64,000 bases of DNA from Carcharhinus amblyrhynchos (taxonomy: Eukaryota). The translations under genes were made by a program, and so were the position numbers. The DNA is taken from the NCBI GenBank assembly GCA_965287045.1, contig OZ336884.1, positions 56,482,001-56,546,000 on the forward strand. The letters run 5' to 3'. Below, one piece after another: positions 63,978-64,000 of this stretch. The notes beneath the pieces are model-generated. The model was not told the origin of the DNA and did no database searches. It saw nothing but the letters and a program-made list of their open reading frames with translations. Each line of letters opens with the position of its first letter. The first letter of the stretch is position 1.

Positions 63978-64000
63978 AGATAGTGCACAAACTCTTAAGC

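Noticed and set aside
44000-64000. QTRT2 or another syntenic neighbour gene
   Set aside because: No recognisable coding exon by eye; exon-like segments near 41650-41780, 49150-49272 and 52261-52317 have no identifiable similarity.

Overview
Vertebrate genomic DNA, almost certainly a shark (abundant HE1/V-SINEs, Deu-domain SINEs and CR1/HER1 LINEs). The only protein-coding gene I can support is a dopamine D3 receptor (DRD3) on the + strand. It has six GT-AG coding exons: 950-1219, 20553-20662, 25363-25499, 27633-27826, 31964-32285 and 39301-39497 (1230 nt, 409 aa). The rest is intron or intergenic DNA packed with CR1, RTE and Rex1-like LINE relics, three SINE families, Penelope-like elements with hammerhead ribozyme cores, Harbinger-type MITEs, a Myb/SANT-bearing Harbinger relic and probable solo LTRs. 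The most unusual region is the last DRD3 intron (33.4-39.0 kb). It holds a young CR1 LINE whose structured 3' UTR contains a degenerate V-SINE (present in two copies), and two independent inverted templated copies of nearby DNA. The receptor has D2-length ECL1/ICL2 exons and an in-frame internal acceptor 63 nt into the ICL3 exon. Repeat boundaries are approximate and family names come from remembered motifs, not database searches.
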